A stretch of 64,000 nucleotides of DNA from Leptonemataceae bacterium. Its GTDB lineage: Bacteria > Spirochaetota > Leptospiria > Leptospirales > Leptonemataceae. Numbering within the stretch: the stretch's first letter is position 1; each line of letters begins with the position of its first letter. Location: positions 1,504,001-1,568,000 of the forward strand of contig OZ245742.1 in assembly GCA_965227295.1 (NCBI GenBank), read 5' to 3'. The position numbers were made by a program, and so were the translations under genes. The notes under the pieces are model-generated. The model saw nothing but the letters and a program-made list of their open reading frames with translations. It ran no database searches and was not told where the DNA came from. Below, piece by piece: positions 38,052 through 47,607 of this stretch.

Positions 38052-39340
38052 GTTCCGTCATCGAAATCGAAGGGCTCAGCAAGCGCTATCGCCTGGGAGT
38101 GATCGGCAGCGGTACGTTGTACCGTGATTTGCAGAGCTGGTACGCGCGCCTGCGCGGTCGCGACGATCCGAACTCCGAGCTGCGTCTGGGGGCTGCCGGC
38201 GCCGAGCCGGATCGCCAGGAAGGCGAGTACTACTGGGCGTTGCGCGATGTCGATCTTTCGGTGCAGCAGGGCGAAATCCTGGGCATCATCGGCAAAAACG
38301 GCGCGGGTAAGTCGACGTTATTGAAATTGCTGTCACGCGTGACCGCGCCCACGGCCGGTCGCATTAAACTGCGCGGACGCGTGGCGAGTTTGTTGGAAGT
38401 GGGTACCGGCTTTCATCCGGAGTTGACCGGCCGCGAAAACATTTACTTGAACGGCGCGATCCTCGGTATGAATCGCGCGGAGATCCGCGTGAAGTTCGAC
38501 GAGATCGTGGATTTTTCCGGCATCGCGGAGTACGTCGATACGCCGGTGAAACGTTACAGCAGCGGCATGTACGTGCGCCTGGCCTTTGCCGTGGCCGCGC
38601 ATCTGGAACCGGAGATCCTGATCGTGGACGAGGTCCTGGCCGTGGGAGACCACGAGTTCCAGAAGCGCTGCCTGGGAAAAATGGAAAGCGTTTCCCGTGA
38701 GTCGGGGCGCACGATCCTGTTCGTAAGCCACAACATGCCGGCGGTTTCGAATCTCTGCAAACGCGCGGTGATGCTCGAAGGCGGGCGCGTAACTTACGAG
38801 GGAAATACCTTAGAGGTCGTGGACCGATATGTGCTCGCGAACGCGGCGCTGCTGGATATCCCCCTGGCCGAACGCAGGGATCGCAGCGGGGAAGGACATC
38901 TGCGTTTTGTGCGGGCCTGGACCGAAAACGATCGCGGCGAAAAGACCGACACGTTTCAGTCCGGGAGCAGCGCGATCATTGCCGCCGAGTACGAGACCAG
39001 GCACCCCCGCGGCTTCAACAATCTTTCGGTGGGCTTCGCGCTCTACGGTAAAAACGAAGTGCAACTGACCGATCTCAAAAACACCACCACGGGCGACGTC
39101 TTTGCGTCCCCGTTGCCGAAGAACGGCGTACTGCGGTGCCGCATCGATCGTCTGCCGCTGAACCAGGGCAGTTATATGTTCAACGCCATTCTGCGTACAG
39201 ACCAGGCCATCGAGGATTTCATCATAACCGCGGGCAAGTTCGACGTCATCGCCGGCGACTTCTTCGGCTCCGGCAATACCGTGGACCCGGAACAGGGCAT
39301 GGTGTTGTTCGATCATCGCTGGAGCCTGCAGTCCGCTTAA
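38048..39340 (+). CDS. wzt: Polysaccharide ABC exporter ATPase with C-terminal Wzt_C domain
   Basis: GKNGAGKST, YSSGM and VDEVLAVGD; C-terminal extension starting RSGEG. Confidence 0.9.
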   Translation: MSSVIEIEGLSKRYRLGVIGSGTLYRDLQSWYARLRGRDDPNSELRLGAAGAEPDRQEGEYYWALRDVDLSVQQGEILGIIGKNGAGKSTLLKLLSRVTAPTAGRIKLRGRVASLLEVGTGFHPELTGRENIYLNGAILGMNRAEIRVKFDEIVDFSGIAEYVDTPVKRYSSGMYVRLAFAVAAHLEPEILIVDEVLAVGDHEFQKRCLGKMESVSRESGRTILFVSHNMPAVSNLCKRAVMLEGGRVTYEGNTLEVVDRYVLANAALLDIPLAERRDRSGEGHLRFVRAWTENDRGEKTDTFQSGSSAIIAAEYETRHPRGFNNLSVGFALYGKNEVQLTDLKNTTTGDVFASPLPKNGVLRCRIDRLPLNQGSYMFNAILRTDQAIEDFIITAGKFDVIAGDFFGSGNTVDPEQGMVLFDHRWSLQSA

Positions 39341-39347
39341 GTTCATT

Positions 39348-41327
39348 ATGTGCGGCATTACCGGCATCTACTTTCGCGACGGGCGTCCCGTGCAAAAGGA
39401 CGAGCTGCGTCGTTTCACGGACACGTTGATCCATCGCGGTCCGGACGGCGGCGATGTCTACGTCGACCCGGCGCAGGCGCACGTCGGCCTCGGGCATCGT
39501 CGCCTCGCGATCCTCGATCTCTCCGACGCCGGCCGACAACCCATGCGCAGCCGGCCGAGCCGTGCCGAAAGTGAAGACGGTCGTTACGTGCTTACGTATA
39601 ACGGCGAGGTCTACAACTTCCTGGAGCTGCGGCGCGAACTTCAGAGCGCGGGTTATCAGTTTCACACGCAGACGGACACCGAGGTCGTGCTCTACGCCTA
39701 CGCGCACTGGGGGCCGGCGTGCCAGGAACGTTTCAACGGCATGTGGGCCTTCGCGATTTACGATCGCCGGGAGGATCGCCTCTTTCTTTCCCGCGATCGT
39801 TTCGGCATCAAGCCGCTGTACTACTACGCGCGCGACGCCGTGTTTTCCTTCGCATCGGAAACTTCCTCTTTTCGAGAGTTAAGCGACTATCGTCGCGAAG
39901 TGGATCGCCGGAATCTCAGTCGGGTGCTGGCCGATCCCTTCGGCATCGAAGGTTACGGCGAAACGATCTTTGCCGGCGTGCGCCAGGTGCGTCCCGGGTA
40001 CTGCCTGCGATTGGATCGGGACGGCCTGCGTGAAGAACGCTGGTGGACCACGCAAGGTCACGGCGATACGCCCCCGGAAGAGTACGCGCAGCAAAGTGAA
40101 CATTTGCGTGAGTTACTGCACGATGCGGTGAAGCTGCGTCTGCGCTCGGACGTGGGCATCGGTACGGCGCTCTCCGGCGGCCTCGATTCTTCGTCGCTCT
40201 TCTCGATGCTGCGCCACGTGGAACGCAGCGGCGAAGACGTGGAACGCGCGCCGGCGGACTGGCACAAAGCGTATGTCAGCGTTTTTCCCGGCACCGATCT
40301 CGACGAGGAGCAGTACGCGCGCGAGGTCGTCGACTACTGGAACGGCGACGCCGCGTACATCGAGCCGGATTTTTCGAATTTAACGGACTGGCTCGTAAAT
40401 ACCACGCGCGCCCAGGACTACGTTTACATTACGCCGCCGGTGGCGGAGCGCGTATACAATCGCATGCGCACCGAGGGCGTCGTCGTCTCGATGGACGGTC
40501 ACGGGGTGGACGAGATGCTCCTGGGTTACGGCGGTTTACTGGAGATCGCCTGGCACTGGGCATTAAAGACCGGCCGTGTAGGCTACGCCGCAGAACTCGA
40601 AGACATCATCGTAACGAGCGTGCAGGGGGACGACAACGCCGCGGTGCGTCGGCGCATGAATCAAGCCCGCGGTCGATTGCAGCCGGGACTGCTGCGTCGC
40701 AGTTACGAACGTTTGCCGGAGCCGCTAAAGGCTGCTTACCGAAAGTTACGGGGCGTGAAGCCGGGCGAAACGCCGCCGCATCCGTTCCTGTTCGACGTTC
40801 CCGAGCACGCGCGGCACGATCTCGACGAAGTCGACGACATGAACGAGATCGACCGTCTCATTTACGAAAGCTTTCACGTGACGATTCTGCCGACGATCCT
40901 GCGTAACTTCGACCGCGCTTCGATGCACAACGGCGTGGAAATCCGCATGCCCTACATGGACTGGCGTTTCGTCAGTTACGTCTTTCAACTGCCCATTGAA
41001 TGCAAAGCGGGCGCCGGTTATACCAAGCGCATTCTGCGCGACGCCATGCGCGGCCTCATGCCCGAAAGCATTCGCCTGCGCAAACAGAAGATCGGCCTGA
41101 ACGCGCCCATGCGCCACTGGTTCGTCAAAGAGTTGCGCGAGTTGATTCTGGACGTCGTGCACAGCCGCGACTTTCTGGAATCGGACATCTGGAACGGCCC
41201 CGCGTTGCGGGACTTCGCGGAGCAACGCATCGAAAACGATTCCTGGACGTGGGGCGACTGCGTGATGTTCTGGCCCTACGTTAACGCGCACCTGATCGTC
41301 AACCATCGTCCGGTGGCGGCCACGTGA
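39348..41327 (+). CDS. asnB: AsnB-family glutamine amidotransferase (likely uronamide formation)
   Basis: MCGI, HRGPD, RDRFGIKPLYY and LSGGLDSS; located in the polysaccharide locus. Confidence 0.85.
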   Translation: MCGITGIYFRDGRPVQKDELRRFTDTLIHRGPDGGDVYVDPAQAHVGLGHRRLAILDLSDAGRQPMRSRPSRAESEDGRYVLTYNGEVYNFLELRRELQSAGYQFHTQTDTEVVLYAYAHWGPACQERFNGMWAFAIYDRREDRLFLSRDRFGIKPLYYYARDAVFSFASETSSFRELSDYRREVDRRNLSRVLADPFGIEGYGETIFAGVRQVRPGYCLRLDRDGLREERWWTTQGHGDTPPEEYAQQSEHLRELLHDAVKLRLRSDVGIGTALSGGLDSSSLFSMLRHVERSGEDVERAPADWHKAYVSVFPGTDLDEEQYAREVVDYWNGDAAYIEPDFSNLTDWLVNTTRAQDYVYITPPVAERVYNRMRTEGVVVSMDGHGVDEMLLGYGGLLEIAWHWALKTGRVGYAAELEDIIVTSVQGDDNAAVRRRMNQARGRLQPGLLRRSYERLPEPLKAAYRKLRGVKPGETPPHPFLFDVPEHARHDLDEVDDMNEIDRLIYESFHVTILPTILRNFDRASMHNGVEIRMPYMDWRFVSYVFQLPIECKAGAGYTKRILRDAMRGLMPESIRLRKQKIGLNAPMRHWFVKELRELILDVVHSRDFLESDIWNGPALRDFAEQRIENDSWTWGDCVMFWPYVNAHLIVNHRPVAAT

Positions 41328-41381
41328 ACGAAGAATTCGACCCGGACGTCGGTTTGCGACTCAGTCATTGTAAGGTATCCC

Positions 41382-41511
41382 ACGGCGAAGACGCCGTTCC
41401 GGTGCGCGCCCCACACGTCCCCGGCATGACCTCCGTGCGTTAGCTGGAACCAGCCGTACCCATAAAAGTCTTAATTTACGTTGGCCTTAACTTACTTTAC
41501 AACCCGGGGCG
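41382..41511. repeat. Conserved ~130-nt non-coding element, copy 2
   Basis: Direct repeat of 23376-23504 with one indel, roughly 80% identical by manual alignment. Confidence 0.85.
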
Positions 41512-41524
41512 TAATCGAAACTAA

Positions 41525-42712
41525 ATGAGCGACATTCGTTTTATGCACATGGCGTCGTTTTATCCGGCGTACTTGAAAAAGTTCTACGCCGACCGACCCG
41601 GCCTGGCGGAGCAGGACTACGCAACGCAGTACCGCACGCTCATGGACGACTGTTTCGCCTGGGCCGACTTCTGGAAGCGCAACCTGGAAGAACGCGGCGG
41701 TTTTACCGCCGAGGAGATCGTGCTGAACGCGGAGCCGTTGCAAAAACGCTGGGCCGCGGAACACGGCGCCCGGTACTCCGCGGACAACTGGGCCATCGAC
41801 ATCATGCACGCGCAGATCGAAACGTTCCGCCCGGACGTACTGTTCCCCCACGATATCCTGTTTCTCACGCCGGAAGAACGGCGCACGCTGAAGCGGCGGC
41901 ATCCGTCGATCCAACTGCAACTCGCCTGGGACGGCATCGCGTCCCACGACCCCGAGATGTTCGCCGGTACGGACATCATGATGACCTGGCTCGATCGAAG
42001 CGTGGAGTATTACGCCGGCGCCGGTTTTGATACGCATCAAATGTGGCCGGGCTTCGAAGGGCGCATCTTGACGCGGCTAAAGGAGAACGGAGACGCGCCG
42101 GAGTGGACGAATCGATCGTACGGGTTGTCGTTCGTCGGTTCGATCATGGATTCCCGGGGCATGCACCAACGCCGCCGGGATATTCTCGGCAAGGTCGCTT
42201 ACAAACACGGGCTCACGCTCTACGCCTCGAACTTCGGATTGCCGGCGCTAAAGCACTACGAGATTCAGTTAAAGCGATTGATTAAGAGCGCCTGGCAGCC
42301 GGGGCACATCGAAGATCTGCGCATCCACGGGGCGCTGCGCCGGCGAAATCGCGGGCCGGCCTTCGGCTTAAGGATGTACGGCATCCTCGCGAATTCGAAG
42401 ATCACCCTGAACAGCCATCTGGACGGTACGGGAGATCGCGCGGGGAACATGCGCATGTACGAGGCCACCGGTTGCGGCGCCTGTCTCTTGACCGACTGGA
42501 AACCGAACTTAGGGGAAATATTCGTGCCCGACGAAGAAGTCGTCGCGTATCGTTCCGTGGACGAGTGCCTGGAAAAGATCCGGTACCTCGAAGATCATCC
42601 GGAGGTGGCCGCGGAGATCGCGCGCAAGGGCCAGGAGCGCACACTCAGTCGGTACTCGCTGAAGGAACGCGTCCAGCTTGCGGCGCAGAAGTTCGAGCAA
42701 CGACTCTCGTAA
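41525..42712 (+). CDS. CgeB-like (Glyco_trans_1_2) glycosyltransferase
   Basis: SKITLNSH and NMRMYEATGCGACLLTD. Confidence 0.8.
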   Translation: MSDIRFMHMASFYPAYLKKFYADRPGLAEQDYATQYRTLMDDCFAWADFWKRNLEERGGFTAEEIVLNAEPLQKRWAAEHGARYSADNWAIDIMHAQIETFRPDVLFPHDILFLTPEERRTLKRRHPSIQLQLAWDGIASHDPEMFAGTDIMMTWLDRSVEYYAGAGFDTHQMWPGFEGRILTRLKENGDAPEWTNRSYGLSFVGSIMDSRGMHQRRRDILGKVAYKHGLTLYASNFGLPALKHYEIQLKRLIKSAWQPGHIEDLRIHGALRRRNRGPAFGLRMYGILANSKITLNSHLDGTGDRAGNMRMYEATGCGACLLTDWKPNLGEIFVPDEEVVAYRSVDECLEKIRYLEDHPEVAAEIARKGQERTLSRYSLKERVQLAAQKFEQRLS

Positions 42713-42731
42713 CATAACGCCAGCGAAACTT

Positions 42732-44087
42732 ATGCATATCCTTCAGGTGGGAACCCGCGATCTCGGCGGCGGCGCCGAAAAGATCGCCTACGATTTGCAC
42801 GAGGCCTATCTGCGTCGCGGCAACGAATCGCACCTGGCCGTGGGCTTTCAGCATCGCGACGGCTCCTCAGCGGCGGATCGGCGCATCGTCGAGATCACCG
42901 GCAGTCGCGGCGAGACCGCGTGGCAGAAGTTCTGGACGGCCCTCGGTCGGCCCTTCCTGAAACACAGCGGGGCCGGTTGGGGCGCCGGCCGCATCCATCG
43001 ATTGCTGGCGCACCAGATCGGCCGCTTTCCGGCCTGGCGGGACGAGCGCCGCGGCCGGGAAGATTTTTACCATCCTCGCTCCCGGCGTTTGCTGAACCTG
43101 GTGCCCGGCGCGCCGGACGTTCTGCACTGCCACAACCTGCACGGTTCGTACTTTGATCTGCGCATCCTGCCGGAGCTCTCGCGCAAACTTCCCCTTTTCG
43201 TAACCTTGCACGACGAATGGATGCTCACCGGCCACTGCGCCTACACCGTGGACTGTGAGCGCTGGAAGATCGGCTGCGGCGAATGCCCGTACCTCGATCA
43301 TTATCCGGCGTTGCAGGTGGATGGAACGAAAGAGAACTTCGCCATCAAAAAAGACATTTACGCGCGTTCGCAATTACGTGTGGCGGCGCCGTCGCAGTGG
43401 CTGGTGGATGAGGTGCGCGCGTCCGGCATAATGGGCGAACCCGTCGATCTGCGTGTCATTCGCAACGGCATCGACCTGAACGTCTTTCAACCGCCGGCGG
43501 ATCGTGAGTTCGAGCGACGCCGCCTGGCGAAGGAACTCGGCCTGGACGAGCAGGCACCGGTGCTCGTGTTCACGGCGAACGGCGTGCGCCGTAACATCTG
43601 GAAAGACTTCGCAACATTGCGCGACGCCATCGCGCGCACCGCCGAACAAATCGGCGGCAGCATAAACTTCGTTGCCGTCGGTGAAGACTGTCCGGACGAA
43701 CACATCGGTGCGGCGACGATTCGCTTTGTGCCGTACGAAAAAGATCCGCGCAGCGTCGCACGGTACTACCAGGCCGCGGATTTGTATTTGCATGCGGCAC
43801 GGGCCGATAACTTTCCCACCACGATTCTCGAAGCCCTGGCCTGCGGCGCGCCGGCGGTGGCCACCGCGGTGGGCGGCATTCCGGAGACCTTCGTGGATCA
43901 AGAAAGCGGGCTGCTTACGCCGGGCGGAGACGCGAACGCCATGGCGCAGGCCATCGTCGGATTATTGCATGACGGCGAACGGCGTCAGCGAATGAGCGCG
44001 TCGGCAGCACGGTACGCAAAGCGGCACTATGATCGCGAGCGCATGGTGGACGATTACCTGGCCTGGTATCGAAGCGCGCTCTCATAA
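42732..44087 (+). CDS. GT4 glycosyltransferase
   Basis: GGAEK, TLHDEWMLTGHC and DNFPTTILEALACG. Confidence 0.85.
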   Translation: MHILQVGTRDLGGGAEKIAYDLHEAYLRRGNESHLAVGFQHRDGSSAADRRIVEITGSRGETAWQKFWTALGRPFLKHSGAGWGAGRIHRLLAHQIGRFPAWRDERRGREDFYHPRSRRLLNLVPGAPDVLHCHNLHGSYFDLRILPELSRKLPLFVTLHDEWMLTGHCAYTVDCERWKIGCGECPYLDHYPALQVDGTKENFAIKKDIYARSQLRVAAPSQWLVDEVRASGIMGEPVDLRVIRNGIDLNVFQPPADREFERRRLAKELGLDEQAPVLVFTANGVRRNIWKDFATLRDAIARTAEQIGGSINFVAVGEDCPDEHIGAATIRFVPYEKDPRSVARYYQAADLYLHAARADNFPTTILEALACGAPAVATAVGGIPETFVDQESGLLTPGGDANAMAQAIVGLLHDGERRQRMSASAARYAKRHYDRERMVDDYLAWYRSALS

Positions 44088-44093
44088 CTTTCT

Positions 44094-45371
44094 GTGAATG
44101 TACTCTACGATATTTCCCCGCTGGCCGTCGGTCATTTTCACGCCATGGCGCGTACCGGTGTCTTTCGTTATACCGAGAATCTTCTGTTCGAGTTGCTCAA
44201 GCTCGAAGACGTGCAGACCACGCTCTGGTCGTCCCGGAACGAACTCTGGAACATCTATGGCCATCATTACGTTCGCGAACATGACGCGCTGGAATCACAG
44301 TCGCTCGTTACGTTCGCCGATCCGGTTAAGGACCGCCGACTGGCCGAGCGCATAATGCGCCTGGGAAATCCTCCGAGGCGCCGCCTGGAAGGCCTGCTTT
44401 CGCCGCGACGCGCGTTTTCGTACTGGCCGCTGTATCTCGCGCATCGCAAGGCCGCAACCGCACTTTTGCAAAGCTCTGGCGAGATAGACTTAGTCCACTA
44501 CACTTACTTCCCGTCCGTGCCGGAGTGGAACGGCAGGCTGCGGCGGGCCTACACGATCTATGACCTGGTGGCGATTCGTTCGCCGGAGTTGTTCGGAGCC
44601 GAGCAGGATGCTACGATGCGTGCCCTCATCGACGAACTCACGCCGGAAGATGTGATTGTCTGTATTTCCGAAAACACGCGGAACGATCTTCTGGCCGAAC
44701 GCCCGGATTTAAGCAAAGAGCGCGTTTTCGTTACGCCCCTCGGCGCTTCGGCTTCGTTCGCACCCTGCACCGATGCAGCACGCAAACAAGCGATGCGTAA
44801 ACGTTACGGCATTCACCCCGATCGACCGTATGTCCTCGGTCTCGCCACGCTGGAGCCGCGCAAGAACATCGTGCAGGCAGTGCGTGCGTTTGCGGAGTAC
44901 GTTCAATTGCAAAAGGACAGGGACTTGCAGTTCGTTCTCGCCGGCGGACGCGGCTGGAACTTCGACGAGGTCTTCGCAACGATCGACGGGCTGGGTGATC
45001 TACGCGAGCGCATCGTGATTACCGGCTATGTCGACGACGCGGACCTGGCTCCGCTCTACAGCGACGCGTTGTGTTTCGTCTATCTTTCGTTGTATGAGGG
45101 CTTCGGCCTGCCGGTACTCGAGGCCATGCAGTGCGGCCTGCCGGTCATCGCTTCGGATAATTCATCGCTGCCCGAGGTCGTCGGCGACGCCGGGATCCTG
45201 GTGGGTGCCCGGGACAACGAGGCGGTCTGCGCGGCCCTGCATCGTTACGTGAGCGACGCGCAGTTTCGCAGGGACGCGGCGGAACGTTCGCTCAGGCGAG
45301 CGTCGCTTTTCAGCTGGGAACGCTGTGCCAGCCAGACCGTGGATGCGTATCGCACGGCGGTGAACGGTTGA
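44094..45371 (+). CDS. GT4 glycosyltransferase (mannosyltransferase-like)
   Basis: LEPRKN and [12 protein letters not shown]. Confidence 0.85.
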   Translation: MNVLYDISPLAVGHFHAMARTGVFRYTENLLFELLKLEDVQTTLWSSRNELWNIYGHHYVREHDALESQSLVTFADPVKDRRLAERIMRLGNPPRRRLEGLLSPRRAFSYWPLYLAHRKAATALLQSSGEIDLVHYTYFPSVPEWNGRLRRAYTIYDLVAIRSPELFGAEQDATMRALIDELTPEDVIVCISENTRNDLLAERPDLSKERVFVTPLGASASFAPCTDAARKQAMRKRYGIHPDRPYVLGLATLEPRKNIVQAVRAFAEYVQLQKDRDLQFVLAGGRGWNFDEVFATIDGLGDLRERIVITGYVDDADLAPLYSDALCFVYLSLYEGFGLPVLEAMQCGLPVIASDNSSLPEVVGDAGILVGARDNEAVCAALHRYVSDAQFRRDAAERSLRRASLFSWERCASQTVDAYRTAVNG

Positions 45372-46669
45372 TGCGCGTTCTGTTTGATCTCTCCGTCCCG
45401 GGTACGGCGCACTTTTTTCCCCGGGCGCGCACGGGCGTGAATCGGATTATCGAAGAGTTGCTGGTGCGCCTGGTAACATTTAAGGATATCGAATTAGCGT
45501 TTCGGAGCCTGGAGCACCACATCTTTGTGGCGCAGTCCGTTCGTTACCTGGAATCATCGCTGCAACTGCGCGACCGGCCGTTTCTATACTCCGGAAGCGA
45601 TTTCTACGATGGTTTGATTCGTTCCGTGGGGCGGCGTTTTCCGGAGTCCGCGGACAGTGCTTCGAACGAGGCCGGCACCGCGGTCCACGCGTCCCTGCGC
45701 GGGCGGGCCGTGAAGGCGGTGCTCGCCGCACTCATCAAACTTTCCACGAATCGATTCTACGACGCCGGCCACGATCCCTGCGACATCTATCATTCACCCT
45801 TTCACCCGCTGCCCCGGCGTTTGCACGCGTTGAAAACCGTGCGTCGCTTTACGACGATCTGTGATCTCATCCCGATATTGTTTCCACAATATTTTGAAGA
45901 ACGCGAAAGCGAATACCTGCGAACCATCGTTGCGAACGTCACACCCGAGGACTGGTACCTGTGCATCTCCGAGGCGAGCCGCAACGATTTTCTAAACCAC
46001 GCAACGAATGCGGATCCGGAACGTGTACTCGTCGTGTATCCTGCCGCGGGCGATCATTTAGGTCCGCAGAAAGATCCGCAACAGTTCGCGCGCGTTGTGC
46101 AACGGTACGATTTACGCGAAGGACGGCCGTACTTTCTCGGCCTGAGTACGCTGGAACCGCGCAAGAACATCCGTCGAACGATTCGTTCGTTTGCCGAATT
46201 GATCGCGGCGGGAGACGCCGATGAGGCCGACCTGGTGCTGGCCGGGCCGCGCGGTTGGGACTTCGATTCCGTCTTCGAAGAACTCGACGCCCACGCCGCT
46301 GTTAAAGATCGTGTACGCCTGATCGGTTTTGTCGCCGAGGAAGACCTGGCCGTGTTGTACTCCAACGCGCTGGCGTTTGTCTTTCCCTCGCTCTATGAAG
46401 GCTTCGGCCTGCCGCCGTTGGAGGCGATGCGCTGCGGTACGCCGGTGATTGTTACGAATCGATCGTCGTTGCCCGAGGTCGTCGGAAAGGCCGGCGTGTT
46501 GATCGATCCCGAGGACGGGGCGGCCCTGAGTGAAGCCATGCGAAAGATGTACGCCGACAGCGAGTATCGCGAGAGACTTTCGCGGCGATCCCTCGAGCAG
46601 GCGGCGCAGTTTTCCTGGGAACGCAACGCCGCCGAAACCGCGGCCGCTTATCGGAGGTCGCTCCGTTGA
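45371..46669 (+). CDS. GT4 glycosyltransferase, paralog of the preceding gene
   Basis: LEPRKN and YEGFGLPPLEAM. Confidence 0.85.
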   Translation: MRVLFDLSVPGTAHFFPRARTGVNRIIEELLVRLVTFKDIELAFRSLEHHIFVAQSVRYLESSLQLRDRPFLYSGSDFYDGLIRSVGRRFPESADSASNEAGTAVHASLRGRAVKAVLAALIKLSTNRFYDAGHDPCDIYHSPFHPLPRRLHALKTVRRFTTICDLIPILFPQYFEERESEYLRTIVANVTPEDWYLCISEASRNDFLNHATNADPERVLVVYPAAGDHLGPQKDPQQFARVVQRYDLREGRPYFLGLSTLEPRKNIRRTIRSFAELIAAGDADEADLVLAGPRGWDFDSVFEELDAHAAVKDRVRLIGFVAEEDLAVLYSNALAFVFPSLYEGFGLPPLEAMRCGTPVIVTNRSSLPEVVGKAGVLIDPEDGAALSEAMRKMYADSEYRERLSRRSLEQAAQFSWERNAAETAAAYRRSLR

Positions 46670-47607
46670 AAATCACGATCGTAACGCCGTCGTACAACCA
46701 GGGGCGATTCATCGAGCGGACCATCCGTTCGGTGCTCGAACAAGAAGGGGACTTCGACCTGGAGTACATCGTCATGGACGGCGGCTCCACGGACGAGTCC
46801 GTGCAGATCATCGCAGACTACGCCCGTCGCGTGGAAGCCGGTGAGTACGCGCGCAAACACGGGCACACCGTAAGTTACACCTGGGTCAGCGACAGGGACC
46901 GCGGCCAAACCCACGCCATCAACAAAGGCCTGGCCGTTTCCACGGGCGACGTCCTCGCGTATCTGAACTCCGACGACGTTTATTACCCGGGCGCGCTAAG
47001 TTATGTTGCGAGTACGTTTGTAGGCCAGCCCGGCGTCGAAGTCATCTACGGCCGCGCCGATCACATCGACGTCGACGACGCTTTTCTGGAAGAGTATCCC
47101 ACGCGGGACTTCGACTACGAAATCCTCAAGCAGATTTGTTTCATTTGTCAGCCGGCGCTCTTTTTCCGCCGCAGCGTTTACGATCGCCACGGCCCCTTCC
47201 AGGAAGCCCTGCGCTACGCCATGGACTACGAGTACTGGCTGCGCATCGGCTCCGACGCGCGCTTCGAGTATGCCGACAAAAAACTGGCCGCGTCCAGGTT
47301 CTACGCGGATACGAAGACCCTGGGCGACCGCATTCCGGTGCACCTGGAGTTTCTGAAGATGTTTCGCGAGAAGTTCGGCACCGTGCCGGATCGCTGGCTC
47401 CTGGGTACGGCCTACGTCATCGCCGAAGAACGCTTCCCGCTGCGCGTCCGGGGCCGGCAGCGACTGAGCTACGCCTGGACCCTGCTGCGTGAGAACGCCG
47501 TGAACTTTCGCAGGTACGACGGGCGCCGCCCGAGGTTCTATTATCTCTTAGCTTCTCTTGCAAGTGCATTAACCATGCGCCCCTACCTCCGGTTGTTGCG
47601 AGTATGA
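46666..47607 (+). CDS. GT2 glycosyltransferase
   Basis: TPSYNQG, DGGSTD and LNSDD. Confidence 0.85.
   Translation: MKITIVTPSYNQGRFIERTIRSVLEQEGDFDLEYIVMDGGSTDESVQIIADYARRVEAGEYARKHGHTVSYTWVSDRDRGQTHAINKGLAVSTGDVLAYLNSDDVYYPGALSYVASTFVGQPGVEVIYGRADHIDVDDAFLEEYPTRDFDYEILKQICFICQPALFFRRSVYDRHGPFQEALRYAMDYEYWLRIGSDARFEYADKKLAASRFYADTKTLGDRIPVHLEFLKMFREKFGTVPDRWLLGTAYVIAEERFPLRVRGRQRLSYAWTLLRENAVNFRRYDGRRPRFYYLLASLASALTMRPYLRLLRV

Noticed and set aside
41324-41443. 39-codon ORF over element copy 2 (GEDAVPVRAPH similar to GEDAIPVRAPH in copy 1)
   Set aside because: Copy 1 has no convincing start in this frame, an indel shifts the frame between copies, and conservation continues past the stops. 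A non-coding explanation fits better, though a leader peptide is not excluded.
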